From assembly GCA_011109175.1 (NCBI GenBank), contig RDEW01000013.1:1-34862 (forward strand): 34,862 bases of DNA, read 5' to 3'. Below, one piece after another: positions 1-12,330 of the stretch; positions within the stretch are counted from its first letter, which is position 1, and each line of letters begins with the position of its first letter. This DNA is from Dicyema japonicum. Taxonomy: Eukaryota > Animalia > Dicyemida. The position numbers and the translations under genes are program-made. Under the pieces are notes generated by a model. That model was not told where the DNA came from and searched no databases. It worked only from the letters and a program-made list of their open reading frames with translations.

Positions 1-180
1 GTTTCAATTGTTACAGAATCAAAGTCCTTCAACGTCACCCAAATCCATCAAGAACCAGCATAAAAGGTAAGGACGTCCATTCATTGATGTTGTGGAGAAC
101 CCTCCAGTGAAGTGGGGAGAGCAAATAATCCTTTTAACATGCCAGAATGGCAGTGAGACATGTGGATCACATGACGCACT
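1..180 (-). mobile_element. Degenerate 3' fragment of an I-group-like LINE (same family as 3811-4050)
   Basis: Visibly homologous to 3905-4040 (e.g. gttgtggagaacctccagtgaagtggggagagcaaataatcc vs gttgtggaaacccctccagtggagtgggaagagcaaatgatcc). Confidence 0.5.
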
Positions 181-439
181 TTAGTAGAAAGGAATAGTTA
201 GAAAAGTTCAAAATAAATTTGAAGTCATTGACCCAACAATATCATCATTCTGTAGAACAAGGTGAATGACAATTAAAAATCAATGATGAATGCCAATTTA
301 AAATGTCATTAACGAGTGTGCACAGAATTAATAATAAACCGTGTCAAATTGTTGAAAACTCACGTCTCAATCATATTAAACGCAAATATGAATGTGACAG
401 ATAAACATGATTTATTATAATTATATAATTTCAAAATGC

Positions 440-860
440 TTGATGTGATTGTGCTCAGTCACCATACCTTCAAAAGTTCTCTTCAACACGACTTATTGAA
501 TGCAAGTCTTCGTTGCTTGTTCGATGGATAGGTTCTCAACATTATCCGACAACTTCATTTAACTAATAACCGGTGGACTTATTTTTACTTGACAGTCATA
601 GAGAAGCGAGAATTCTCTTGCAAAAAATAATCTTGTGACATATAACTCAGCTTGTTTGATGTTTGATATGACCATATGAAGTATAAATCTTGTGGTCTAT
701 TTGGTGATTTTCTCTTATTTCAGAACTTATCAAATTTACTTTGATACACATCCAATAACTTAACCATTTCCCAAAATAGGCATTTACAGAACCGGGAGAG
801 CAAAGTATGTAGCCGATAACATGAAGCACCCACATATATATGCTTTCGCCACACACCCTT
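440..860 (-). mobile_element. R4/Dong-like non-LTR retrotransposon remnant, C-terminal restriction-like endonuclease (RLE) region
   Basis: Minus-strand translation with stops gives ...IRENHQIDHKIYTS...HIKHQ... and ATKTCIQ*VVLKRTFEGM, resembling the R4-type C-terminus (IQxVVLKRTLES). Confidence 0.5.
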
Positions 861-1034
861 TCTCTCTTCTCAAGTTGTCTCTAATCTGACTTTTACATTT
901 TTATAAGATAGTAGGATTCGACGAGTACTACAAGGTCACGATCTAAAAGTCATGATTTCGATTCGGGGGAACTACATACTTACGAAAAATTAAAGAATGA
1001 GACAAAAAGAACATTATTCGATTTAAACACCAAA

Positions 1035-1624
1035 GAATATTTGAAAAAAAATCGGACATAAACTGGGAGTATCCGAAAAACAAGACAATTTATAGGATCT
1101 TTTATAGAACTTGAATAACTTGGAAACTCTGAGTGAGGAATTCTAAAAGGACAATTTTGAGACATATTTGTTGACTACGTTTGTTTCAGCAAATATAACT
1201 TTTCTACGAGACTTTATAAGATCCAGATTATCTCCAAGTTATGATATTATTCATGATAGAAGATACCTCGACAATATTAACATTATGACTTGTGACTACC
1301 ACGAAGAGTTTTCGAATGTCGTTCGCCATCCTTCCGGGCTCTTTTGCCACAATAGTAATCACCAACTGTGTGCTGTATTTAACCGTGAAATATCTAAAGA
1401 CTACTCTGTTGAATATTGGTACTCCAACGGAGCTTTTCTTTCGAAGTTATAATTGGAGTTCCAACTCATGCTCTAGGATACAAAACTACCACCAAGAATA
1501 CCAAAATATAGGACTTGATAGTTGGCACAACTCCCCTAAGAAACACTCTACATCATCCCGGAAAATGGCTTATTCTGAAGTATTAAACAGAGTTTATTTT
1601 AGTGTTGCAACGAGGATTACCTAA
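1035..1624 (+). pseudogene. Possible decayed host gene for a hydrophobic/membrane protein (partly repeated at 2414-2894)
   Basis: One frame reads protein-like for about 190 codons, broken only by point stops (…DPDYLQVMILFMIEDTSTILTL*LVTTTKSFRMSFAILPGSFATIVITNCVLYLTVKYLK…). No family recognised. Confidence 0.25.
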
Positions 1625-3675
1625 ATATATGGAACGACACACAAAAAACCGTACGTGGTGTTAAGGCCTATTATTGGTTGGAGTATAAAACTCACCAGTG
1701 CAATCGAGAGAATGTTAAAGGTTTACTAAAATAAGGAAAATTTGCTGGTACAGTAAAGTCTCTCGAATTCGCCAATTTCAGAGATCGGCAAATTTGGCGG
1801 ATTCGTCCATCCATTAATAATGTAAATCAAAAAAAAGTTATTTATAAGCAAAGAAATCAGTAAGTTTTGATTTGTTTCTTTTTAGAGTTCGTATCATTGA
1901 AGATCCAAGCTTTTCGACATTAAAGAATTCCTGATTTTATAATTCTTTTAATTTATTTAAGGCTAGAAAAGCCTCGTTAATAGTCGCACCTTTCTGACTT
2001 TCTTCAAGGGTGAATAATATTGCATCTTTTAAGTTTAATTTTTTTATGCAAAATAGGAATTTATCCGAGCTTCAATTTTCTGAATAATATTAAAAAATTT
2101 AACAGAATTGAGAATGCATTTGTACGATTTGATGTTTTACTATCCCTTGCTTCCTTGAAAATCAATGATCCTTCGTTTCGATGCAAATGTTTTGGATTTC
2201 TTAGTAATAATTTCATCGTTTAAAATGGCTCCTTTAACTGCATTATATTTTTTGGAAAAAATTTCTGAAATTATTTTTCGAAGGTAATTCAACATTCGAT
2301 TTAATAGACTTTAAAGTGGCAATTTTTTCTTTGTTTTTTAATCGTGTACAGTTACGTTTCATGAAAACAACAATAAACAACGACAACGTGTTAATAAATT
2401 ATTTAAAAAAATNTAAAAGGACAATTTTGAGACATATTTGTTGACTACGTTTGTTTCAGCAAATATAACTTTTCTACGAGACTTTATAAGATCCAGATTA
2501 TCTCCAAGTTATGATATTATTCATGATAGAAGATACCTCGACAATATTAACATTATGACTTGTGACTACAACGAAGAGTTTTCGAATGTCGTTCGCCATC
2601 CTTCCGGGCTCTTTTGCCACAATAGTAATGACCAACTGTGTGCTGTATTTAACCGTGAAATATCTAAAGACTACTCTGTTGAATATTGGTACTCCAACGG
2701 AGCTTTTCTTTCGAAGTTATAATTGAAGTTCCAACTCATGCTCTAGGATACAAAACTACCACCAAGAATACCAAAATATAGGACTTGATAGTTGGCACAA
2801 CTCCCCTAAGAAACACTCTACATCATCCCGGAAAATGGCTTATTCTGAAGTATTAAACAGAGTTTATTTTAGTGTTGCAACGAGGATTACCTAAATTTAT
2901 GGAACGACACACAAAAAACCGTACGTGGTGTTAAGGCCTATTATTGGTTGGAGTATAAAACTCACCAGTGCAATCGAGAGAATGTTAAAGGTTTACTAAA
3001 ATAAGGAAAATTTGCTGGTACAGTAAAGTCTCTCGAATTCGCCAATTTCAGGGATCGGCAAATTTGGCGGATTCGTCCATCCATTAATAATGTAAATCAA
3101 AAAAAAGTTATTTATAAGCAAAGAAATCAGTAAGTTTTGATTTGTTTCTTTTTAGAGTTCGTATCATTGAAGATCCAAGCTTTCCGACATTAAAGAATTC
3201 CTGATTTTATAATTCTTTTAATTTATTTAAGTCTAGAAAAGCCACGCTAATAGTCGCACCTTTCTGACTTTCTTCAAGGGTGAATAATATTGCATCTTTT
3301 AAGTTTAATTTTTTTATGCAAAATAGGAATTTATCCGAGCTTCAATTTTCTGAATAATATTAAAAAATTTAACAGAATTGAGAATGCATTTGTACGATTT
3401 GATGTTTTACTATCCCTTGCTTCCTTTAAAATCAATGATCCCTCGTTTCGATGCAAATGTTTTGACTTTCTTAGTAATAATTTCATCGTTTAAAATGGCT
3501 CCTTTAACTGCATTATATTTTTTGGAAAAAATTTCTGAAATTATTTTTCGAAGGTATTTCGATTTAATAGACTTTAAAGTGGCAATTTTTTGTTTGTTTT
3601 TTAATCGTGTACAATTACGTTTCATGAAAACAACAATAAACAATGACAACGTGTTAATAAATTATTTAAAAAAAT
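1144..3675 (+). repeat. Direct tandem duplication of about 1.27 kb (1144-2412 and 2414-3675) joined at a single N; probably an unmerged haplotype overlap
   Basis: Copies are offset by 1270 nt and differ by roughly 15-20 substitutions plus a 7-nt indel. The N at 2413 sits exactly at the junction. Confidence 0.9.
1751..2412 (-). mobile_element. pogo/Tigger-family element, first copy, truncated at the contig join
   Basis: TA followed by left TIR cagtaaagtctctcgaattcgccaatt at 1751. Near-identical to 3021-3675; no right TIR before the N. Confidence 0.75.
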
Positions 3676-3776
3676 ATTTAAAATTAAAAAACATGGAATC
3701 GAGAAATTTTGTTAGTAAAAATGGCGGATTAGAGAATTTAGTCGTTATAATTGGCGGATTCGAGAGACTTTACTTG
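3021..3776 (-). mobile_element. Internally deleted pogo/Tigger (Tc1/mariner superfamily) DNA transposon
   Basis: TA at 3019-3020 and 3777-3778. TIRs cagtaaagtctctcgaattcgccaatt / aattggcggattcgagagactttacttg. Minus ORF 3410-3649 encodes a CENP-B-type HTH (LNDEIITKKVKTFASKRGIIDFKGSKG). No DDE domain. Confidence 0.85.
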
Positions 3777-3810
3777 TACTTATCCAGTCGATAACCGCCA
3801 CTTTCTTGCA

Positions 3811-5010
3811 ATTATTATTATTATTAATTAACCCGGATACACCGAGAAAGAAGTTAAAGTAACCAACTTATTAAGTGTATCCAGTTTCCACTTCTACAGA
3901 ACAGAGTCCATCCGGAATCAACATAAAGGGTAAAACGTCCATAGTTGCAGTTGTGGAAACCCCTCCAGTGGAGTGGGAAGAGCAAATGATCCTTTTTCAT
4001 GCCGGCCTGGCACTGGGCGTCACCTAGACAGGTGGATTCCTGCAATAAAATCAATATATGATATTTTTTTAGTTAATTTTATTCGCTTACGAATAATTTT
4101 ATTTTCTATTTAATAATTTTGCCTTATTGTTAATATTCGCTGGAGTCTTCTGGATAAGTGCCATGTGACATTTAATATCTGTAGTCCTTTGGTGAAGACT
4201 TGTTTGGCATGTTAGGTAAAATTAAGCAGCTTGTCGTCACTCCTAGGATTGAAGGGTTTCTTGTGACAGGTATACGAGTATGTCCGATGAAGATTTCTGG
4301 TTCTTCTTTGGACTGTCGGTCGGAGGTGAATAAAGTGCATGTTGATTTGGAGCCGATACCGAAAGACGGTTAGCTATCAAACAACGTGGATACAGTCCAC
4401 TTTCTTCTGTGCTATTGAGACTGCTTCTGACGTCGAACTGCTTCTTGTTGCAATGATGATATCGTCAGAATAAGAAAGCAGTAGGAAATTCTTGTCAATG
4501 TCTGCTGGCAGGTCGTGGAGGAAAAGTTGAATAGACTAGGGAACAAAAGCGAACCTTGGGGCACTCCGTTTGGTAGTAAACATGATCACGATCTGAGGTG
4601 GCCACAGATAACCCTCCCACGTCTTCCAGATAAAAAATTGGCCGACCATAGCTTCAATCTAATATTTTTCCAATTAAATGTTTCCTCGTACCGAGTCAAA
4701 CGCCTTGTTGATGTCAATCAGACCATTGTTGTCCGCATATGTTTTAAGGTAGTGTTAAAACCATCCACAATTAACTGTTGAAGCGTTGATAAGAAAGTCG
4801 TAGTTTATCTTCAAGAACGGAATCTGTGTTGGAAATTCGGTTGAGTTAGGGAAGGAGTAATTTCATATAGGATTAATTTTCCAACTTGATATCACAAACT
4901 TGGAATTACAAAAAAACAATATTCTGTACTTAACTCCGATGCACTATGACATAATTGTCTTCATCTTTTATAAAGAAGCGTCTCCCTTCTTAGTCTACTC
5001 ATGAGATATC
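3811..5010 (-). mobile_element. I-group (Ingi/Nimb-like) LINE remnant: RT core (4140-5010) and 3' end with (TAA)n tail (3811-4050)
   Basis: Minus-strand motifs LERLIL…FQHRFRS, GVPQGSLLFPSLFNF, SYSDDIII, KSTCTLFT, NPSILGVT. A DHLLF zinc-knuckle-like remnant lies near 3990; (att)n run at 3811-3825. That both parts are one element is inference. Confidence 0.7.
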
Positions 5011-5739
5011 AAATACTAAAACTCGAAGAAATAAATAAGTATCGAATGCTCCAATGTCTGGGTCTTAACCTGCCTTAAATTGAAAGAACTTTCCTTGAGT
5101 AGGGGAACAAGAGAGTTATTTGTTAACTACGAAATCTCTATTGTTCTAGTAGCAACATTATCTGAAAACTAAAATAATTCGCGTAGCGCCATGTGGTGCT
5201 ACGTGGATAGTTTGTCAAAATTATTTTCTTTCCTTCCGATGGCGTCTTACTGAGAAGGCGCCTAATGCCTGGCCGGCATCAAGAGGATAAAACAATTTTT
5301 CCCGGAGACAACGTCGTTAACTGGTGACAAGTTCTGGAGTGCTGGAACGAGTCAGGATCGGAGTTATTTAGTCTGGTTACCTTGGTCTTTGGAAATAATT
5401 TTAATTTTTTTAATTTTAGACTATAAATTTCTTAATTTTAATTTTTTTGAATGAATTATAATTACATCCACTGGGTTATGAGCAAGATTCCTTGCACTGC
5501 AATTCTCCTTGAATGGCAGTATATTTACTTAAATAACAAATCTTTATTAAGCTTCAAAAGTGTTATAAATTAGTAAGCAGCCTTCGTGAATGAGCCCATT
5601 TTTTGATACAATTTGTGTGGGAATAACTTAATCAGCCATCATTAATATATATTAAGCACGTGTCTAAGCTAGAAAATTTAAAAATTTAGACACTGAAAAA
5701 ATTTAACTAGTTTGTCAGCCCCAAGTGGTGAAACATGTG

Positions 5740-6500
5740 TGTACTTAAAACTAATCGGGTTCCATTTATATTTTTGGGAGCACCTTGAGAGCATTCAGGA
5801 TGCGAGAAGACATGCATGCCTCAAAGCGGCTAACTGCCATTCAACAGGTGCCTGGCTGAACGTCTATCTTTGTGCCGACATTGACAACCTTCTGGACGAT
5901 TAGGCATTGAGAATGGCCACCTCGCTATGTCTTGGTCTTAAAGTGTGTGGAGCTTAAATGTCTTTTTGGACGTTTGATTGGTCAATATGGCTAGCATCCA
6001 CTGTTGTGAGGGTTGAACGTGGGCTGTATCCCAAGACATGCTTGTCTCAACGTGACGTTAAAAAACGCATTTTCCTCTGCTGCCCACAACTGCATTTTGG
6101 AGCCGACTGGTCTCACCGGAGAAGATGGCAAACGCCTCGACGGGATGACAACATTCCTTTTTGCTAATGGTCGGAACTTGGTTTGGGATGCTACAAGTGT
6201 TGATACATTCTCTCGAAAAATTTTTCCGCTTCAGTCTCAGACCCAGGTCATGCTTCTAAACAGAGGAGAATGAAATATAGAAGCATCTCGGAGGATCACT
6301 TGTTTGTCTCATCTTCTGTTGAGATGTCAGGAATTCTTGGCCCACAAGCTAACAATCTAGTCCCAGATCAACTCAATGATCCCAAGGGCCACTAAGGATC
6401 CAAGTGAAACGGATGGCTTCGATTGAAATATAAAGCCCGTTGTCGTCAAGACGAGCGGAGTATTCAGGCCTAACAATTGTCAAGGGAAACAGCCATTCCA
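5740..6500 (+). mobile_element. CRE-clade non-LTR retrotransposon remnant (thumb, zinc finger, RLE)
   Basis: Translates to HSTGAWLNV…LLDD*ALRMATSLCLG, RHACLNVTLK, LEPTGLTGEDGKRLDGMT, LVWDATSVDTFS, VEMSGILGP, IVKGN. Confidence 0.8.
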
Positions 6501-7081
6501 TCCTAAAACCTGGATTATTTTGCTTGTCAGTTACGTAATAAATTGTTTATGTGTTTAAAAAATTGAAATATTTTAATCAAATTAATAAATAAGCTTATTA
6601 AATGGATTTAATAAATATCTTTTAATTTCTATAGCCAAATTATTAAAATTGCCGAATTGGGTTTAAACAAGCACTTTTTCAGAGTGCCTTACAAATACAG
6701 AATTTTTAGATTCAATCCTACTTCCCAAACGTTCTTGAGGTAACACTTTCACATATGTTGCTTCTTTAGGACTGGCATAGTTTTCTGGACTTTCGGTCTC
6801 CCAAAGACCAGATATGAAAACTTTGAGTTTCAGCAATTTTTGATCGATATAACTCCTGTTAAGTGGCGTGACCTTCAATGATAATTTACAATTTCCAAGA
6901 GTTTCAACTATAATCATTTCTAAGCATTAATACAGGATCCAGAGATGAGAACAACCCACGTGGGTAAAAAATCAAAAACTTTATTTTTTCAATAAGACTA
7001 TTTAATTACTATTCTTCTTATAAATGCAATATTAATTTACTTGTTTCAATCCTCTAACTATGTTCAATAAATAAATGTGTC

Positions 7082-7380
7082 GCCGCGTAGAGACGCAGCC
7101 GACCAGGTGGAGGTCAAGAAGATCCATAAGAACGAATCCCTCGGAGACCATTACCATTTCGTCCCCATTGCTGTGGAGACAACTGGAACTGTAGGAGCGA
7201 AGACTAAGGCCTTTCTCCACAGCATTGAAAGCAAACTCGCCTCAAAAAGGTGCGAACCACGGGAGGGACTCTAGTTGAGACAGAAACTCGAAATGGCGAT
7301 TATCAGAAGTAACGCCTTCGCTATTCTGTCGTCCTAATTATTGCCTAATTTTCATTATTTAAAAATAATTTTTGTCAAAA
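7082..7380 (+). mobile_element. 5'-truncated CRE-clade insertion with 13-bp TSD
   Basis: AAATAAATGTGTC at 7069-7081 and 7381-7393. Encodes the RLE tail HFVPIAVETTGTVGAK…AIIRSNAFAIL. Confidence 0.85.
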
Positions 7381-8155
7381 AAATAAATGTGTCCCACATA
7401 AAACTTAAAAGCTCGTGGTCAAAAGGTTTTTCAAAAGTGAAAAATAATATAACTGAAATTCATTATTATTGTAAGTAATACTAAAGCTGAAATTCAGTCT
7501 GGTTACAATAGGTTGCTTTTAGAGGAAGTTTTGGTCGAACATTTTGAACCCTCTATGAAGGGTAACTGACAAATCTATGTACTCTGGGGTGTTTAATAAG
7601 CTATGTAGTGTTTTAGGTAATGTCATTAAACTTAATTAGTTTCAAAAAGCTTTTAAGTAATCTTTATCAGTTCCAGGACCCTTAAAAACTTGAATGATTT
7701 GCAAAATAGTCAATCATCCATGTCAAAAATAATCGAAATTATTTTCCTGGTTATTTAGATCTCCCAAACTAATGGACGGATTAGCCAAATTATTTAGGAG
7801 GATCTATATTTTAAAATTTTTGGGGAGATCGGACCCTGCGAGCGGGAGATGCAGGAACTTTTGGGATGTTTTCAAAAATTCATTTATATTTAAGCAATCT
7901 TTAATAAATTAATATTCGGTATTTATTTACGTTATTAAAGTATAACATATTTGATAATTTTTTAGGGATCAATTACTTTATTGGTGAGATCCATCATATA
8001 GGAGGGTCAATTTGACCACCTTATATTTCCACAATAGCAAGAAGATTGAAAAAAGGCTGCGGAATCTTCGAGTTAACGAGGGAAGAAAATGTATCATAAA
8101 GCTATGTCGATTTATATGCACAAACCCAGAAAACTTTAGACCTAGTTGCAGACTT

Positions 8156-8878
8156 TTAGTTAATTAGTAAGTTAGTTAAGTAAACTCGACCTCACTAACT
8201 TGTAGGAGGCAAGTAAAATAGGTAATTTGTTGTAACTCGTAGATGTTGCAAAAGGGACAGAAGTTATCGTACGTCAGTTGAGAGGGTAGTGCCCACATTG
8301 TAGACGATTAAGGTTTACCCCGGATGTCCCTCATAAAAGAGTATTCTGATTGGTCTATTGGAAGAACGGAACGGTGTAGTATTATATAATCGAGTCTTTG
8401 ATGGTTCTCGTAGAAATAAAATTGTGTATCTGTTTCAGACGACTCAGGTCATTGGAGATGATAGCATTCGAGACACGTTACTGATTGTCATAATAATTTT
8501 TTTTGTTTTGGGGTTTGCATAGATGGTCTGGCTATAGGCTGGGAGAAGAACTGCAGAGCTTTTATTTCTAAATGGTCTCAATTGGAAGGATCTTTGATTC
8601 CCAGTGAAGATGATCAATAGGGGGTTGATCTGAGTCTTCCAATTATCGTTCGAGAGCGGTGTTTTATCTTCAACCTATCATTAACACGATACAATCCCTG
8701 AAAGATGTAAGAAGATTATAATCAAACCTATTAGAAAACCATGAATTATCACAAAGTTTGTCAACCAATGCCGAGACTCACCGATCTATGAAATCGAAAA
8801 ACATTGCTGCGTTCTATTTAATAGCTGCTGATCTCCTACAAGTTAGTTAGGCGAATGTTACTTAACTAATTAACTAAT
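8156..8878. repeat. About 720-bp segment bounded by imperfect 45-53-bp inverted repeats
   Basis: 8156-8208 ttagttaattagtaagttagttaagtaaactcgacctcactaacttgtaggag vs reverse complement of 8833-8878 ttagttaattagttaagtaacattcgcctaactaacttgtaggag. Confidence 0.75.
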
Positions 8879-8949
8879 TGTCGACAAGACTTGGATTAAA
8901 CAGTTTTTTGTCGCCCTCCACGAGCATCGATGTCAGTGAATGTTCTTAT

Positions 8950-10050
8950 TTCCTTGTGATATTTGGATAAACCTGACGCTCCCCCGCTGCGGTCATTACG
9001 TGGTTCTCAACGTTTACCTGTACAAGACCGGATAGGCAAAGTATCCATTCTATTCTTCATGTACATTTGATGACCACGGGACAGATGAATTTTTCTAGTC
9101 ACCTGGCCCACCTTCTGTGTTTTCTTCTCACGGGATTTACCTTTTAGAAATCTGGGAACGTCCCTCATTTGTTATCTATTCGTTTACTTGACTTAAAATT
9201 ATTAGTCTAATTTCTTCCCGAGAACACTTCCAGCGTTAATGTGATCGTCATATTTTCCGCTAAGGATTTCGCAGACTCATGCATATAAGTGGTCGGATGA
9301 CTAACTAATTATAAATTTTGCATTACCTTTAACGTTGATTACGCTTTAAGATACTCAAAAAATAATACAATTGGAAATTTTCCCTGATTTAAAATATCGA
9401 TATTTTTTAAATGAAGACATTCTCGTCTGTAGAGGAACATTTGGTATGGGAACATTCTTACGTAACAATATTTTAAGATAAAACATCAGAAACTTCTATG
9501 TCTCACGTAGGAGTTCATTTCAAGTAAGTATCTTTTAAATTAACTCATCAACGCTAGTAAGATCCACGTCTGGAATAACTGGAAAAGCAGAGCCTCACGA
9601 TTCACAAATAGAACGCCTTCGAGACGTCCTGGCACATCACATTCAGAAAGCACGTGAAATTTATGGCCTTAGCTATTTCTGAACTAAAGTTGTCAAACAA
9701 TTAACCATGGACTGACGCGGCTGAAAATCATGAGTCACCATGAGGTACAGTTTATCCTAATAGCGAGGTCCCTGTATAAGATATTTCGTGGGGAGATATC
9801 TCCAAAATTTTTTGAGTTGAGCATCATAAACGACACCTCGTCAGGGAGATGGTCGAAAGATCCCTTTCACAACCATGTTGTGTCAGATGACTTGTCACGT
9901 TACGTGTGGAATCTGCGTAAAAGTTTTCTATTAACCTCTGTAAAAGTCCCTCTTTCATATTCGAACGCATGACTGTCAGATCACATGAAACAGCGCTCAA
10001 CCAAGAAGGCCAACGATTAAAATTATTCATTTTGTAACAGATGACAATTC
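8950..10050 (-). mobile_element. Highly decayed non-LTR retrotransposon (RT/RLE-type) remnant
   Basis: Weak minus-strand motifs QHGCERDLSTISL, VPHGDS and MKNRMDTLPIRS; many stops. Confidence 0.3.
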
Positions 10051-10249
10051 AACTTAAACACGTAGGCATCTTTCAAATTACCTTAATAAACTTTATCCTT
10101 TTTACATATTAAATATTTTGCAAATCAGCAATATTATATTTAGATGCTCTATTTAGATCTTCAATAAAATATCTGTAAATTTTATAATTTCCTATTATTT
10201 CTTGTCATAACTCTATAAAATGGAATCCCTCATAAATGCAGGCTATTTG

Positions 10250-12330
10250 AATGTCACGAAGATTCATTTTTTCATTTTAGGGTTGGCCGGTTAGATAAGA
10301 CGAATCTTTTGTTTTAACTTGGCTTAGGGAATAAATTATTGACGTGTGTTTAAACACGAGAATTTTTTGGGTATTCGTTGACTGGAAAGGCTTATTATGT
10401 AGGGAAAAGTATGACTATAGTTGAATTACTTTAAGTCCTTAGTAAATGAGGTAACTGAAGTTCTGAAAGTGAAATGGTAATCCAATTCGAAGATTTAGGT
10501 CATGTTAAGCGTTATTTTAAGATTAGAAAATGATTGGATTAGTTGTGGGCATGTCACTGAGGTGATGATAAAAAAGGAAAGGGATGATCACGAAGGGCAT
10601 CATATGAAAAATTGCTGAAACGAGAGATATGGAAGTGTAAACAAGTTTGACCAGTCGCCCACAAAAGAATTAGACCAAGGCATACAGACATAATGAATAT
10701 GGAGGAATTTAATATAGTTGAATAAACCATAGGGATTTGGGATCAGTAGATGGAAGCCACAACAGTTTTTAGACCGAAATAAATAATTAAGCCTGCTACG
10801 ATTTAATTTGGGTAAAGTCGAACGGGGAGTGGTTCAATGAAGAAGAGAAAAAACCATATTGTGACTTAAATAGATGGAGAGAGTAGAAATGATATTTTTC
10901 CTAAATCTTCGATACCACTGAGATAAGAGAGATAGGTCTGTAGAATGGATTTTGCTAGTCAAGCAGAGAAAGATAATGATCGACTTTTTCTAGATCATTA
11001 GTATGTAACATGCATTTATGGAGAATTCGAGGAATATTTGACTGCATCAAGTCAGTTTTGTCCGAGATGTTACAAATGGATGATACACGATCTTTTACGG
11101 GTCTTGGTAGAAGTTTTGACTGTTTTTGATTGGATCATAGATGAGGCTTTAGGTTGATAGCGACAGTCTGAGTTACATATGTGCATCGTGTAAAGATTGC
11201 AATACTGTTCACATTTTAGTTTCGAAAAAGAAGATCAATGTATGAGGCTGATAAGATCATCACCATAAGAAATGCTGAGTTGTTTTTCAATTTCGATGTT
11301 GAAAAAGAGATAGTCTAGAGCATGGTTTCCGACCTGGTTTCCGTGAAACTTATTATAAATTATTTAATAATAGTATTTAATTATTATCTACAAGGTGCAA
11401 GTAGAAATGTCCAAAGTTGCGAAATACGACAACTTAAATCGACCATCTTATGAAGTATATAATTATTTTAATTCAACAGGTGAGTTATCTTGTAGCACGC
11501 TGTGTAGAGGCACATACAATTGCCGAAAATTTAAAAGCCATGTTCAAAAAAGACCATCGACTGTATTTATGGCGAACAAATTTTGACGGTCATCCGTAAA
11601 TATAAATAGCATTACACATTACATGCTGCAAGAGTATCTTGATGAATCAAAATGCGCATTAGATGATACAGTACTTCAGGACATCAAAGATCATTTGGTA
11701 CTTTTGGACGATGACATTGCGAGATATTTTCCGGATAAATTTGATGACGCTTTAGTTCAAAATCGATTCAAAATTAAAGTAATGCCAGCAAATCTAGCAT
11801 CAATCGAATATGAAACTCTTATTGACATCAGAATCATCGTCAAATCAGTTATATAAAATGAATCCGTTTTCAATTTTTGGATAACATACATTTCAAAATA
11901 TCCTGATTTCTCAGAAAAAGCTATACATACACTATACCTTTTCCAACGTCTTAATTGTGCGAGTCGGGGTTTTCAATATTTACATTTTCTAAAAACAAAA
12001 TATAAAAATATACTCAATGCTTCCACTGAGAAAATGATGCAGTTGTCAACAGTAACTCCTAACGTTACACAACTCTATGATAAAAAGTTACTCAATATTC
12101 ACATTAAAACTGTTTTTGGTTAACACTATTATGTTTTAAGTGAAAATTGTAATAATTGAATTAGAAGGGTTCCGGAAAAAATGAATTATCCAAAAAGGTT
12201 CCGCGAGCACCTTAAGGTTGGGAACCAATGGTCTAGAGTCAACAAGTTCACCATACTTTGTTAAATTCCATTTATATAAATTTGTGAGATTATGCTTTGT
12301 TTGTTAGAAGGCACGGAGATGGATCCACCA
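10250..12330 (-). mobile_element. Decayed LINE reverse transcriptase, split by the hAT insertion
   Basis: Removing 11321-12238 restores a continuous minus frame INGI*QSMVNLLTLDYLFFNIEIEKQLSISYGDDL (GxPQG to YxDD region). Confidence 0.6.
11321..12230 (+). mobile_element. Internally deleted hAT transposon (Buster/Charlie type)
   Basis: 8-bp TSD GTCTAGAG at 11313-11320 and 12231-12238. TIRs catggtttccgacct / aggttgggaaccaatg. C-terminal dimerisation domain FWITYISKYPDFSEKA…LCESGFSILHFLKTKYKNIL. Confidence 0.9.

Noticed and set aside
1035-1300. TGA read as Trp (alternative genetic code)
   Set aside because: TAA stops also interrupt the frame, and the intact genes use TGG for Trp; pseudogene decay is simpler.
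7990-8090. piggyBac end (gggtcaatttgacc palindrome, nearby ttaa)
   Set aside because: No matching opposite terminus or TTAA TSD pair found.
10350-10450. 28S-like gggaaaagtatgact
   Set aside because: Too short, and it lies within a LINE remnant on the opposite strand.
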